This document shows, in pieces, positions 9,902 through 19,755 of a stretch of DNA of 42,064 nt. A program made the translations under genes and the position numbers. Source of the DNA: a virus (Duplodnaviria > Caudoviricetes); the IMG/VR virus record IMGVR_UViG_3300020045_013890, positions 1-42,064 of that record; one strand, given 5' to 3'. Below the pieces are notes generated by a model. That model was given only the letters and a program-made list of their open reading frames with translations. It was not told the origin of the DNA and searched no databases. Numbering within the stretch: the stretch's first letter is position 1; every line of letters begins with the position of its first letter.

Positions 9902-10903
9902 TTAATCAGCGTTCATTTGTGCCCGGATTCGCTTAATGTCAGCCATAGAGCTGATACCTTGCTTAGCCGGACTTCCACTGGTGGAACTCACCGACGGAAT
10001 GGACGCTTTCTTGGTTATAATGTTTTGTTGTGATTGTGGTGCTACGCTTCCAACGCTTGCACTCGCGACAGGTGTTACAAACGCGCCAAATGTCCTTATG
10101 ACGTGCGAAACAACCTCTGATGGAGTCAAATACCGCCCTTGCTCATTAACCAGGGTTTCGCCCTGTTTACGCACAAACTCGGCAAATGCGCCCTCACCAT
10201 TTTGGGCATCAAACTTATCTGAAAGAGACTTTACCTCAGGGCGGGCTAGCTCTTGTGTCATCTGACTTTTAGTCATTTCAACAAGCTGCGTAAACACCTG
10301 ACTGTAGCCAGCTTCACGCTGCTGCAGTTCCGTTTGGTAACGTCTGTCTTTCTCTACGCTTTCGGCATAGATTTTCTTCTTCTCATGATACACCTGTTTT
10401 TGCTCTTCAGGCAAATTCTTGAACTGAAGTCTTCGGCGTGCTTCATTATACACCGCTTGATCATCCATCGACTCAAGGACGCGCTCTGGCGTAAACCCAA
10501 GGGCGTTGAGCGCCTCTTGATCCCTGCCCTCAGCATACATAGTTTTAATCTCTTCAAGCTTTTCAATCACGGGCGAATACTGCTGCTCCAAAGCCTTGAA
10601 ATGCTGAACTTCTTGCGTAACTTCAGCCATCCTTGATTTATAACTCTCCACGGCATCAGCACGCTGCAGAGTCTCGTGGATCTTCTTTTCAGACTCAGGA
10701 TCTTTAATAAAACCCTTCCAAAAATCATCTACCTCACGCTTTTCATCTTTAAATTTGTAGCTAAAATTCGGCACGTACTCTTTGGGAGCATCCGCAAGGA
10801 CGGCATCAGCTGGCGCCCCATCTGCCGTAGGTGGCGCAGTATCCACCACATGCTCGGCCTGTACTTCTGGTTCTTGTTGCGTGTCTTGTTGTATTTCGTC
10901 CAT
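9902..10903 (-). CDS. Capsid scaffolding protein
   Basis: Acidic flexible N-terminus, helical core, S/P-rich linker and basic C-terminal helix; between portal and MCP. Confidence 0.75.
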   Translation of the reverse strand: MDEIQQDTQQEPEVQAEHVVDTAPPTADGAPADAVLADAPKEYVPNFSYKFKDEKREVDDFWKGFIKDPESEKKIHETLQRADAVESYKSRMAEVTQEVQHFKALEQQYSPVIEKLEEIKTMYAEGRDQEALNALGFTPERVLESMDDQAVYNEARRRLQFKNLPEEQKQVYHEKKKIYAESVEKDRRYQTELQQREAGYSQVFTQLVEMTKSQMTQELARPEVKSLSDKFDAQNGEGAFAEFVRKQGETLVNEQGRYLTPSEVVSHVIRTFGAFVTPVASASVGSVAPQSQQNIITKKASIPSVSSTSGSPAKQGISSMADIKRIRAQMNAD

Positions 10904-10966
10904 AGAACTCCTAATGGGTGCGACAAATCCCTTTGTTCACACCATGATAAAGCGATTACGGCAGGA

Positions 10967-13165
10967 CTATCCCTGCGGCATCCCCTGGGGGCCAATTCCT
11001 TCAAGCATCATCGCAAGCTCATCATCACTACTAATAGGTAGCTCAGATCCCTGCGCTGGAGCACTAGGCAAGTCCCCTTGCCCAGTGCCAAACATTTCAA
11101 TCATATCTTTTTCAGCGATGGTATCACTCATCCGGCCCTTAAACGCGCCTTGATCAAGTAGCTTCTGGTGTAGCCATTCAAGGCTAGCTGCCGGGAACTC
11201 CGCGCGTGTAGTCTTAGCCTGACCCTCAGCCCCAGTGGTGGAGATGTAATAATCTGCCCGTACCATTGCACCGCCATCTGGAATGAATCCACTAGTTGCC
11301 CGCACCTCAGCCTCTTTGGCCTCATTCATAAGACCTAAAAGCTGGTCTTTGTAACCCACAAAAAGCTCCTGAATCTGAGGCTCTAAGAACCTAAAATCCG
11401 GCTGCTTCATACGAGAATTCACCTTTTTGATGTAATACTCGTAATTATCAATCGGCATCTGCGCCATCTCGCCGCGCTGAAGCATCAAGAGATCATTGGT
11501 GGCTGACTCATAATCAAGTGTGAAATCCGAGAACGACTCATCAAGGTTTGCATACGGCATATTCTTAATAAGCTTACCAATGGACTCCTCATTCATCTGA
11601 GGCCCCACATACTGAAGCACGTGGTTGATTGAAATCTGGCGGCCAAGCTTAGTCTCAATATCATCTGCCTGCGGCTCAATCTTAATATCCACCAGCATCG
11701 AATCATCGTTCTTAAACTCTTCGATGTTAATGCGCTCATTCTGGCCAATGGCCATAATCACGCTGTTATCATCAAGGTAGAACTTGGCCATCTTGAGGTA
11801 CGTCTGGCACTGACGCTTTAAAAACCCTTCAAAGCGCTTGATATATCGCTTGAACTTCTTCTTCTGCGAAGCAGCACGATATAACAATGTCGTAGGATCA
11901 AGCTGCGCCGTAGACGTATCATCTTCGTCAATCTCCGACACACGGTACATCTCTTCAGTTTGGGATATCATATATTCCATGTACTGAGATCCGCTGCGCC
12001 CTGGTAAAATAGTAGGCGCAGAACCAGTGACATGCACAGCACGAATCCCTGGGACCTTAGCCCCAGCGCTCATCTTCGCACCGTTTTGAAGGATCAGCTT
12101 ATCCGCACCAAGAGTGACCTGGTGCTCTGCCATGGCAGAAGCCGTTCTGTTAATCTCAATCTGATAAGGCCTTAGGCGCTCAGTGATTGAAAAACCACGA
12201 CACCGGGTCTGCAGCGAATCAAACCGCTCACAGTTAATTGGAAAAATACCACCAGGCAGTGCGCCGCTATCAAGTACGTGACCTGAGGCTTGAATAAAAA
12301 ACTGCCCCTCAGGGTACTCAAGGCATGGCTTAAAGTACCATTCCTTAAGCATCGTCTCACCAGATTCAGATCCGCGATATCCACCAGCAGCGTCAAACAC
12401 CACCGTCGTGTCATCCTGCGAGTCCGCAATCTTATCCGCGAACTTCGGGAACTGAGCCTGCAAAGTCTTAGTTTTCACCATCTTCTCAATGCAGTACCAA
12501 GGGCTCTTCTTTAGATCCTTTACCGCTGCATCGCGGATCACGTTAAAGCCATAAAGACTTTCGATCTTAACAACGCCCTCACGCACGGGCTTTGACTCAT
12601 CTGGCAGCGGCTGCCCCGTCATCATGTCAACCACAGGCTGACCCATCTCATCTAATTGCGGCTCATACCCCACAACCTTGCCCATCGAGTCATCATACCA
12701 AGTCTTGGTCCAAACCTCGCCAATGCCAGTAAAGTCGTCCGCAAGCTCACCAATCAGCTCTTCAAATTCATTCTTATACTTGCCATCTTGCCACACCGCT
12801 TCGTGTAGCTCTGCAGATTTTCTAGAGCGAATATCACGCTCGTGCTTTGGCGCAATCGAAACGCCCGGAGCCGCAGACACAACGTGATTGGAATATATAT
12901 TAACAATCCGGCCAATATGGTTTTTAGTTAAACGAAGGCGCGTTTCTTGCGAGAACTGCTGGGTGGTGCGAATGCGATCCCAAAGCCTTGAGGCTCCAGA
13001 TTTATTATAATGCTCTCCACCAATCAGCAGGAGTGAGCTTCGCATAAGCGAGAACTCACGCTTATCCGCGTCCTTACCCTTACGGTAAAGATCCTCTAAC
13101 TTCTTAATCTGCTCCTGGCTGGTTACTTCGCTCTTGTCGTCCGCGTACATCATAGTTGTCATCAC
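10967..13165 (-). CDS. Portal protein (P22-like)
   Basis: 732 aa, downstream of TerL; mostly helical; LTKNHI, GIGEVW and LRPYQIEINRTAS segments; Q/P/M-rich tail. Confidence 0.85.
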   Translation of the reverse strand: MMTTMMYADDKSEVTSQEQIKKLEDLYRKGKDADKREFSLMRSSLLLIGGEHYNKSGASRLWDRIRTTQQFSQETRLRLTKNHIGRIVNIYSNHVVSAAPGVSIAPKHERDIRSRKSAELHEAVWQDGKYKNEFEELIGELADDFTGIGEVWTKTWYDDSMGKVVGYEPQLDEMGQPVVDMMTGQPLPDESKPVREGVVKIESLYGFNVIRDAAVKDLKKSPWYCIEKMVKTKTLQAQFPKFADKIADSQDDTTVVFDAAGGYRGSESGETMLKEWYFKPCLEYPEGQFFIQASGHVLDSGALPGGIFPINCERFDSLQTRCRGFSITERLRPYQIEINRTASAMAEHQVTLGADKLILQNGAKMSAGAKVPGIRAVHVTGSAPTILPGRSGSQYMEYMISQTEEMYRVSEIDEDDTSTAQLDPTTLLYRAASQKKKFKRYIKRFEGFLKRQCQTYLKMAKFYLDDNSVIMAIGQNERINIEEFKNDDSMLVDIKIEPQADDIETKLGRQISINHVLQYVGPQMNEESIGKLIKNMPYANLDESFSDFTLDYESATNDLLMLQRGEMAQMPIDNYEYYIKKVNSRMKQPDFRFLEPQIQELFVGYKDQLLGLMNEAKEAEVRATSGFIPDGGAMVRADYYISTTGAEGQAKTTRAEFPAASLEWLHQKLLDQGAFKGRMSDTIAEKDMIEMFGTGQGDLPSAPAQGSELPISSDDELAMMLEGIGPQGMPQG

Positions 13166-13454
13166 CTAGTAGTTGCTGCTCATATAACTCCGGGTCAGAG
13201 ATAAGGAGCTCATCTAATGTTTGTTGCTTAACGTCGGCTTCATCATCGGCGCTTACTTCCCCATTCGGCGCACTAAAGCCTGGAGAATTCATATTATCAT
13301 AAGATCCGCTAGATTTAAGCTCATACCCCAAAACTGTCCCGTGATCGGCAAACAGTATCTCCATATCACCAAGTTTAAAACGCACGACCTTAGCCTTAGC
13401 GAGCGCTGCCACAAGGGCAGGCAAATCCTTTAGGGTTCCATTAATTGATTCCAT
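13104..13454 (-). CDS. Hypothetical protein between TerL and portal
   Basis: 116 aa, overlapping both neighbours; GAGGAG upstream. Confidence 0.65.
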   Translation of the reverse strand: MESINGTLKDLPALVAALAKAKVVRFKLGDMEILFADHGTVLGYELKSSGSYDNMNSPGFSAPNGEVSADDEADVKQQTLDELLISDPELYEQQLLGDDNYDVRGRQERSNQPGAD

Positions 13455-16072
13455 TCATCAAGCTCCTCTTCTAATGACTGCTCTTCACTATCCTTACCAT
13501 CACCCAAAATATACTGACGACGCTGCTCAATTTCAGAGTACATCCTCTCCGCTGGCTTTTTGCGCCTTGCGGCAAGTGAATCGTTCATCATCTCCCAGTT
13601 CCAACCGATCTTCGCGATCGCGTACCGACAAGAATCAATGCTGTCATCCTTGGCTTTGGTCTTGTTAGTCTCAACGGCCAGCGACTCAAACTCGTCTGCC
13701 ATTTTATAACATTCAAGGTATTCGCCACTTGGAACTTCCTTTTCATAATCCTCATTTGGCATCATGAGCACAAATGAGCCAGACTTAAACAGCGTATTAA
13801 GAGCACCTTCGCCAATCGCATGGCTCTTCTCTGCGGTTTCAAACGGAAGTCCCGCGTTCTGCGCATACGTTGCAAGATCCTTGGCTGAATAGTCATAGTA
13901 CCAAGTGCGAACCTCTAGGCCACGGCTCATCTCAACGCATTTAAGTACTACGTCCTCGCTGGTGGTGATCAGATTATCCCCGCGCCAGTGGCGCACTACA
14001 CAGCCCTTTGTGAAGTCTGGGCTCACCGCCACTATCGTCACAGCAGATGGATGGTTCTTACCGCCTGAGCCGTAATCTGCGCCGCCAATATAGATCCAAT
14101 CTGCCGGGGGTTTTACGTATGGAACAAAGTGCCGCTCTCTATCGAATGTCTGGTATTTAAGACCTTCATCTTTTACGAATTTGCCAAAGATGCGGCGCTG
14201 TACTTCTGCAGGTGATACGCAGGCATCAATCGCTCTTTGGATCTTTTCTTTAGTCCACCTTGTGGGGGTGCCATCTTCAAACTTCATACAGTCATATAGA
14301 CTTATCTGCCAAACCTTGGCGTGCTTCCACTGTGTGCGGCGTTCTACTACGTCACGCCAGAATGTTTGACCTAGCGTTGCTGTGAAGACGAAGTGGATGT
14401 ATCCATCTGTTGCTGATACGCGTGTTTGTAATTCTGGTAGAAGGTCGATCCCCACCTCTTCGTCGTTAAACATGGCCCATACGGTCGATCCTTGGAGGGC
14501 CTCATTATTTTGTGCGTATGCTTTGAAGTGCAGTGAAATTCCAGACTTCCAGTCTATTCGCTCAATCTGCCGATTGCGATAATAAACTCGATAACCAAAT
14601 TCAGGGTGATCTTTATCCCCCGGTAAAAGCGGTACCCATTTATCCTCAAACTCTGCCGTCGCCAAAACCCTATCAGGATACAGGTACCAAAACAGTGAAG
14701 GCACAGCGCCCTCTGCCATCTGTACCGGCCAGAGTTTTGGCCATAATTCTTTATTCACGCACCACTCAATGCACTTCTTTATATTCACCGTGGAGTTATG
14801 GGTTACAACATAATTTAGGCCAGCTACAAAACACTGGTTCGGTGAATCAACACTGATACAGCGCCCATCCTTTGGGCCAATGGGTTCTATGTTACGAATC
14901 ACGCGCACGTGCTTGTAGCGAATGTCGCCTTCAGACTTCATCCACTGATCAACTTTGTTTTGTGCGAGTGAAAACGGATTCATTCCAGGCGGAAGTTTAA
15001 TGCGAAGCCTATGCGAGTCTTTGCCCTGCTTACGCTCGCCTTTGTGCGTGTAGAACGCTGTGCGCACTGAATGTTTAACGGTGCCGCCAAGGGAGAACAC
15101 CAATTGATCGACGCCATCCGCCAGTTCTTTACTTGCAGTGCTGTATTCGACGTTCGTTCTTGATGTCGTGCCATCTGTATCTAGTAAGGATCGAAGCAGT
15201 GCAAGGCGCTGCTCTACTGAACCAAGTAAATATTCTTTCGGAATAAATTTTGTATGGGAATAGGTTCCTAAAAGTCCCAGCGCCCTTAATTGTGGGTACA
15301 AGAGCGTGCCACGTATATTTACAGTGTAACATTTTTTACCACTGCGCCCCCACGCTGACTTTGCGCCATAATTTTGCACAAATCTTTCGCTGATTTTATC
15401 ATCTGGAGTGCATAGGCTAATGGAATTTGTGACACCAGTTATACAACCATCGCCAAGCAAGACGCCAAGGTCGTATGGATCTATCGGCAGTTCTTTTTCT
15501 AAAAACTCAATTGGGGCAACATAAGGAACAATATAACGATGAATCGGTCTGTGGGATGCGTCACCGTACTTGCCACTTTTAAACATTGATGCGGTGGTTT
15601 GAAGAATCCAATCCTTAGGGCCAGACCGAAAGCGCTGATGCTCACCCTTACATCGCCACAAGTGGCTCTGCCCTGCTTCTATGGTGGTGCCGTCATCAAA
15701 CGTGATGCGATAAAACTCATCCACACCTTCAAACGGTATACCCGTTACGTTGCACGGCTTACCGTCGTCGCCGATGACTTGATCGCCCACCACTAAATCG
15801 CCTATTGCCTTCGGCCCATTTGGTGTTATGATAAGTTCGCTGCGGCGCAGCATTTTGCCTATCTGGTTTGCCGCAGTAAGGCATTGAACTTTATCAGTAA
15901 TATTATCAAAATACTCCCTACTCCAAGGGTAATGCTTCTGCGCATACCGGTGCGGCAGAGCAACCTTCAGCCGCTCTTGATTCTCAAGCTGTTCAAGCTT
16001 TTGCAGCTTCAAGGCATAAAGCTCGCGCTCTACCTCATTCAAATTCGCTGGTATCTGTTTTAACTTGCTCAA
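13430..16072 (-). CDS. terL: Terminase large subunit, interrupted by an intein
   Basis: Walker A AANQIGK|S split by the intein; Walker B AMFNDEE; motif III FTAT; RNase H-like GADYG...DDSIDSCRY. Confidence 0.95.
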   Translation of the reverse strand: MSKLKQIPANLNEVERELYALKLQKLEQLENQERLKVALPHRYAQKHYPWSREYFDNITDKVQCLTAANQIGKMLRRSELIITPNGPKAIGDLVVGDQVIGDDGKPCNVTGIPFEGVDEFYRITFDDGTTIEAGQSHLWRCKGEHQRFRSGPKDWILQTTASMFKSGKYGDASHRPIHRYIVPYVAPIEFLEKELPIDPYDLGVLLGDGCITGVTNSISLCTPDDKISERFVQNYGAKSAWGRSGKKCYTVNIRGTLLYPQLRALGLLGTYSHTKFIPKEYLLGSVEQRLALLRSLLDTDGTTSRTNVEYSTASKELADGVDQLVFSLGGTVKHSVRTAFYTHKGERKQGKDSHRLRIKLPPGMNPFSLAQNKVDQWMKSEGDIRYKHVRVIRNIEPIGPKDGRCISVDSPNQCFVAGLNYVVTHNSTVNIKKCIEWCVNKELWPKLWPVQMAEGAVPSLFWYLYPDRVLATAEFEDKWVPLLPGDKDHPEFGYRVYYRNRQIERIDWKSGISLHFKAYAQNNEALQGSTVWAMFNDEEVGIDLLPELQTRVSATDGYIHFVFTATLGQTFWRDVVERRTQWKHAKVWQISLYDCMKFEDGTPTRWTKEKIQRAIDACVSPAEVQRRIFGKFVKDEGLKYQTFDRERHFVPYVKPPADWIYIGGADYGSGGKNHPSAVTIVAVSPDFTKGCVVRHWRGDNLITTSEDVVLKCVEMSRGLEVRTWYYDYSAKDLATYAQNAGLPFETAEKSHAIGEGALNTLFKSGSFVLMMPNEDYEKEVPSGEYLECYKMADEFESLAVETNKTKAKDDSIDSCRYAIAKIGWNWEMMNDSLAARRKKPAERMYSEIEQRRQYILGDGKDSEEQSLEEELDEWNQLMEP
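14795..15853 (-). mobile_element. Class-3 intein (353 aa) with LAGLIDADG homing endonuclease
   Basis: Starts MLRRSELIITPNG...; block B AGQSHLW; LAGLIDADG motifs LGVLLGDG and LRSLLDTDG; block F GRCISVD; ends VVTHN|S. Confidence 0.92.
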
Positions 16073-16682
16073 TGCGCTTACCCTCTAGCTGTTTAATTTT
16101 CGCATCTAAATCATCCAAAGGATTCGCGCTTAGCACCTGCCCCTCAATCTCTTTAATCGTGCGACTCTCCGCTGGCGCGCTAATCTCCTTATTAACCGTG
16201 CGCTGCACGGCCTTGCCGTGCACCCTATCATCTAGCATCTTGGCGATCTCAATCACCCTATCCACCTGCTCAACATCCATCGTGCCATCAGGCAGCGTAA
16301 GCTTAGATGAGACAACCCCTCGGAGCTTAATCATCGACACTTCGAGTGCCTCTGATACGCGAAGGTTATATTCCAAGGGGGGGATCATCAAAAACGCAAT
16401 GCACTCAGGCTTAGAGGTAATAAATGGATAGAAATACTCAAATCCAATGCCAAGCTTTCTGAGTACTTTTATAAAACTAAACGCGCGGCCCTCTTCTGAG
16501 GCCTCTTTGGCCTCAGCCCAGAACTCGGTGCGGATCACCGTTAAATGCGGCGGGATATCGTAGTCACTGAGGAGCTTTGACTCGGAGAGTGCCAAATAGC
16601 CGACTCTTTTGGCGTGCAAGTACGCATCCCTCAGATCCTCTGGTAAAAATGGCAATAAAGCTGATACTGAATTCGCACTCAT
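16035..16682 (-). CDS. Probable terminase small subunit
   Basis: Directly upstream of and overlapping TerL; helical, with LDDRVHGKAVQR motif. Start moved to the ATG at 16682 (ATGA overlap). Confidence 0.6.
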   Translation of the reverse strand: MSANSVSALLPFLPEDLRDAYLHAKRVGYLALSESKLLSDYDIPPHLTVIRTEFWAEAKEASEEGRAFSFIKVLRKLGIGFEYFYPFITSKPECIAFLMIPPLEYNLRVSEALEVSMIKLRGVVSSKLTLPDGTMDVEQVDRVIEIAKMLDDRVHGKAVQRTVNKEISAPAESRTIKEIEGQVLSANPLDDLDAKIKQLEGKRIEQVKTDTSEFE

Positions 16683-17215
16683 AACCCACACACCTTTAGT
16701 ACTTGATCCACATACTCATCTAAACACATACTATTTGTATCAATCACCAAATCCCAATCCTTATAATCATCTAAATCCACTTCGCTCTGATGGGTGGTGT
16801 CAGTCCGCCATTTCTGCGCGCGAAGCCTTCGAATCCCCTCATCAGCATTAAGTCGTATCTTGTAAACACTAGCACCGCTTGGAAGGTAGAGCTTTAAATG
16901 CTCCGCTTCAGATCTAAACCTTAGATCATCCACCACACAAACGGGACTCCAATCAGACTTCAGGCGCACGGCTAGGGACTTAACCCAAACATCAACGCCA
17001 AACCTCTTACGGCCCCATTCGGTGCCAAGGTATTGCAAAAGGGTGCCATCGATGACGGTGATAGGCTGGCCCGCTATCCTATGGATCTCATCGTGCATCT
17101 CATACAGGGGGGCGGCGAACTTATGCACGCCAGTTAGGTGGTGGCGCTTGGCGATAGCCTTGGCAAGCGTGGACTTACCACTACCCTGTCGCCCGGATAT
17201 CAATATAACCTTCAT
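16679..17215 (-). CDS. Deoxynucleoside monophosphate kinase
   Basis: ISGRQGSGKST P-loop, LLQYLGTEWGR, VVDDLRF..E and HQSE motifs of phage dNMP kinases. Confidence 0.88.
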   Translation of the reverse strand: MKVILISGRQGSGKSTLAKAIAKRHHLTGVHKFAAPLYEMHDEIHRIAGQPITVIDGTLLQYLGTEWGRKRFGVDVWVKSLAVRLKSDWSPVCVVDDLRFRSEAEHLKLYLPSGASVYKIRLNADEGIRRLRAQKWRTDTTHQSEVDLDDYKDWDLVIDTNSMCLDEYVDQVLKVCGL

Positions 17216-17359
17216 ACCACCTCAAAAGACACATGGGGCAGCGATGCCCATACGGATGAAAACTGGTTGATGGTGCTTAACTGACGAACAACCCACCCCA
17301 TGCAAATAAAAATCTACCAAGCCTTTTATTGTTCTGAAAGGGCTCGTAAACTTTAATTA

Positions 17360-17551
17360 ATGACAAAGCCACTTCGCAGGTTCTACGAATTTAAGATAAC
17401 CGTACTAGACGTAGTGGATTGCTCGGACGAATGCCTACTAGAAGAAGTAGCAGGACTAATGGAGCAGATCTTCGAAGCCGAAGAAATCACCATCGAGCTT
17501 GTTGACGCTAGTGATTATCTTGAACAAAAGCCTGAGATGGCTAAGGCTTAG
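17360..17551 (+). CDS. Small acidic hypothetical protein, opposite orientation
   Basis: 63-aa ORF filling a gap; TAAACT 7 nt before the ATG (possibly leaderless). Confidence 0.55.
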   Translation: MTKPLRRFYEFKITVLDVVDCSDECLLEEVAGLMEQIFEAEEITIELVDASDYLEQKPEMAKA

Positions 17552-17563
17552 TGTCAACCATCG

Positions 17564-18709
17564 TTAAAACCCCACATTATTCACCTGAATCGTACCCGAT
17601 CCTGAGTTGGAATATCCCGCAATGGTGCTATTGATCGCTATGTTGCCGGTGAAGATACAACTATCGGCGCCAGTCTGGGCTTTGAATCCCGTTGCGCACC
17701 CAACCGCTGCATTCGCGCTAAACATCACATAGTCGCAATAAGATCTGTAGCCAATGGCGGTTGCGCTTCTCACCGAGTTACCCACGCAAGAACACCTGTT
17801 GGCATCCGTCGGAAGTGACGATGGCGTGCCTAGTTGAAACACAATTCCAACAACCGCTGATTGAATATTGTTATGACTTATCTGACACTCTTGTTGATAG
17901 ACCTGAATGCCTATGTTCACATTTTTAATATTATTGCTAATGACCTGCACTCTATACGCAACGACGTTAATGCCGGTGCATGTGGACTGCGATCCGCCGA
18001 TGACGTGATTAAACGCAATAAAGGAGTCTTGACCGCCTATGCCGGTGATATCGGATGCCTCGCCATTGCGGGCACGTATGCCGTCGGTGGATGCAACGTC
18101 TCCAAACGAATCGCACCAGTTGCCGATGATTCTGCATGGGCCGCGCACATCGATACACGTCTGCCCGCTAAGTGTGATATTTCGACCGGGCCTGCGAATG
18201 GTGTTTCCGGATATCTCAATATCGCGGTTCTGATCATCCAGATTTTTGATGTCGATGCCATCCGAGCCGGTGTCCTCTATGAGGCATGAGGTGACTTTGA
18301 TTTGTCTAAGCGTACCCGCCTGCATCCCGATGCCGTACCCGCCGCTGTCGTGGATATATAAGTCCTCAATGGTAACGTTCGTTGCCTCGGATACGCGTAC
18401 ACCGTGTCCGGCGGAGTTTGCTGCCCTATTGCCATTGATCGAGAAGCTCTTTAGCGTAACGCTATCCGCACTATCGATCCATAGGCAGTGACTGTTGGTG
18501 GAATCCGCTACGATGAATCCGCATGATGTCCTTCCACGTCCGATCATTGTTAGACCACCGGGTAGCATGAGGGTTGATGATATGAGGTAGAACCCTTCCA
18601 GATAAACAGAGCTGTCCCCTGCATTCTCAAATAGCTCCACCAAGGCCGCCGTATCATCAGTTACGCCATCCCCAATGGCTCCATATGTTTCGGGGGTTAG
18701 ATGGGTCAT
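17564..18709 (-). CDS. Right-handed beta-helix protein (pectate lyase 3-like polysaccharide depolymerase)
   Basis: YGAIGDGVTDDTAAL N-terminal motif and many parallel beta-helix repeats (DGIDI, ISGNTI, IIGNWC). Confidence 0.85.
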   Translation of the reverse strand: MTHLTPETYGAIGDGVTDDTAALVELFENAGDSSVYLEGFYLISSTLMLPGGLTMIGRGRTSCGFIVADSTNSHCLWIDSADSVTLKSFSINGNRAANSAGHGVRVSEATNVTIEDLYIHDSGGYGIGMQAGTLRQIKVTSCLIEDTGSDGIDIKNLDDQNRDIEISGNTIRRPGRNITLSGQTCIDVRGPCRIIGNWCDSFGDVASTDGIRARNGEASDITGIGGQDSFIAFNHVIGGSQSTCTGINVVAYRVQVISNNIKNVNIGIQVYQQECQISHNNIQSAVVGIVFQLGTPSSLPTDANRCSCVGNSVRSATAIGYRSYCDYVMFSANAAVGCATGFKAQTGADSCIFTGNIAINSTIAGYSNSGSGTIQVNNVGF

Positions 18710-18757
18710 TTATTTTCCTTCCATGCTTTAAGGTCTGCGCGGGCTTCTTTCGCATTG

Positions 18758-18979
18758 TTATTCCTTCTCGCCGCATTCGGCGGTTAGCTTGGCCAGTAAG
18801 ATGTCGGCGCGATCGCCAAAGTCGTCGAGAATATCAGCCATGTCGTATCCCAAATACAGGCTAAAATCTGCGTAGAATTTCAACGTGTCCACCACTTCCG
18901 CGATAGCCTCTTTCCGCCCGGCTTCAAACCCAGCCTTGTATAAATCAAAGGTTTCCTTGATTGAAAAATTCTCAGTCAT
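18758..18979 (-). CDS. Hypothetical protein
   Basis: 73 aa; ATGA overlap with HNH-AP2; similar to the C-terminus of HNH-AP2. Confidence 0.65.
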   Translation of the reverse strand: MTENFSIKETFDLYKAGFEAGRKEAIAEVVDTLKFYADFSLYLGYDMADILDDFGDRADILLAKLTAECGEKE

Positions 18980-19659
18980 TTAATCTTCTCCAGTAGGGCT
19001 CTTGCGCGTGGAAGCGTGTCTTCTGGTGGACTTGCACCATACGGCCCCTCGAAAAACCACGTGGCAGTCTGCATTAAATCCTCCAACACCGGCACCACTT
19101 CCGCAATGGCTTTCTTGTAGCCAGCCTCGAATGCCTTAGACTCAATGTCGTTCATCACTTCTAGAATTCCGGTTTTATGTATGCTTTCTCCGTAAAGAAC
19201 CTTGCAAGCAATTATGTAGGCGAACGCCGCATGAACCTCGTTTTTGTAAACGCCTAGCCCGATTGTTTTGTGCTCTTGTCGTATTTTGGTTTGGTATTTG
19301 TCTCCGCTGGGCACCAGCCAAACGCCTTTGTATTTTGAACTACACCCTAAAAACTTGCCCCTAAAAACATTATGGGCTTGTTCCGTTTTTGTAGCCCACC
19401 TGCAATTCGATGGCTCATAATTACCAAGTGGGTTTATACGATCAAGCGTCAAGCCCTTTGGACACTCTCCCATGTCCCCTAAAAAGTTTGCAAACTTATG
19501 CCATCTTTCACAAACACTAATTCCACGCGCTCCGTAAAGTTTATATGAACGAGCGTTAGGGTTCAGGCATCTGTACTTCATTGCGCTCCAAATTTTGTAT
19601 GTAGCAGTTCGCCAGCCGTCACTCCGTTTCTCATGCTCCGCGCCTTTGTCGTTAGTCAT
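18976..19659 (-). CDS. HNH homing endonuclease with AP2 DNA-binding domain and an extra C-terminal tail
   Basis: WSAMKYRC...YGARGISVCERW...F..FLGDMG...TLDRINPLGNYEPSNCRWAT; AP2 SSKYKGV...LGVYKNEVHAAFAY. Confidence 0.88.
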   Translation of the reverse strand: MTNDKGAEHEKRSDGWRTATYKIWSAMKYRCLNPNARSYKLYGARGISVCERWHKFANFLGDMGECPKGLTLDRINPLGNYEPSNCRWATKTEQAHNVFRGKFLGCSSKYKGVWLVPSGDKYQTKIRQEHKTIGLGVYKNEVHAAFAYIIACKVLYGESIHKTGILEVMNDIESKAFEAGYKKAIAEVVPVLEDLMQTATWFFEGPYGASPPEDTLPRARALLEKIK

Positions 19660-19730
19660 TTTACCGACTCCATGAAATCGTCACTAGTAGGCTTTTTTGT
19701 TTTTACGGGCAAATTCTTTTCCCAGCTCAT
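19656..19730 (-). CDS. 24-aa micro-ORF MSWEKNLPVKTKKPTSDDFMESVK
   Basis: GAGGTG RBS; ATGA overlaps at both ends. Confidence 0.45.
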   Translation of the reverse strand: MSWEKNLPVKTKKPTSDDFMESVK

Positions 19731-19755
19731 TCTTTCACCTCGGCTGTTAGCTTTT

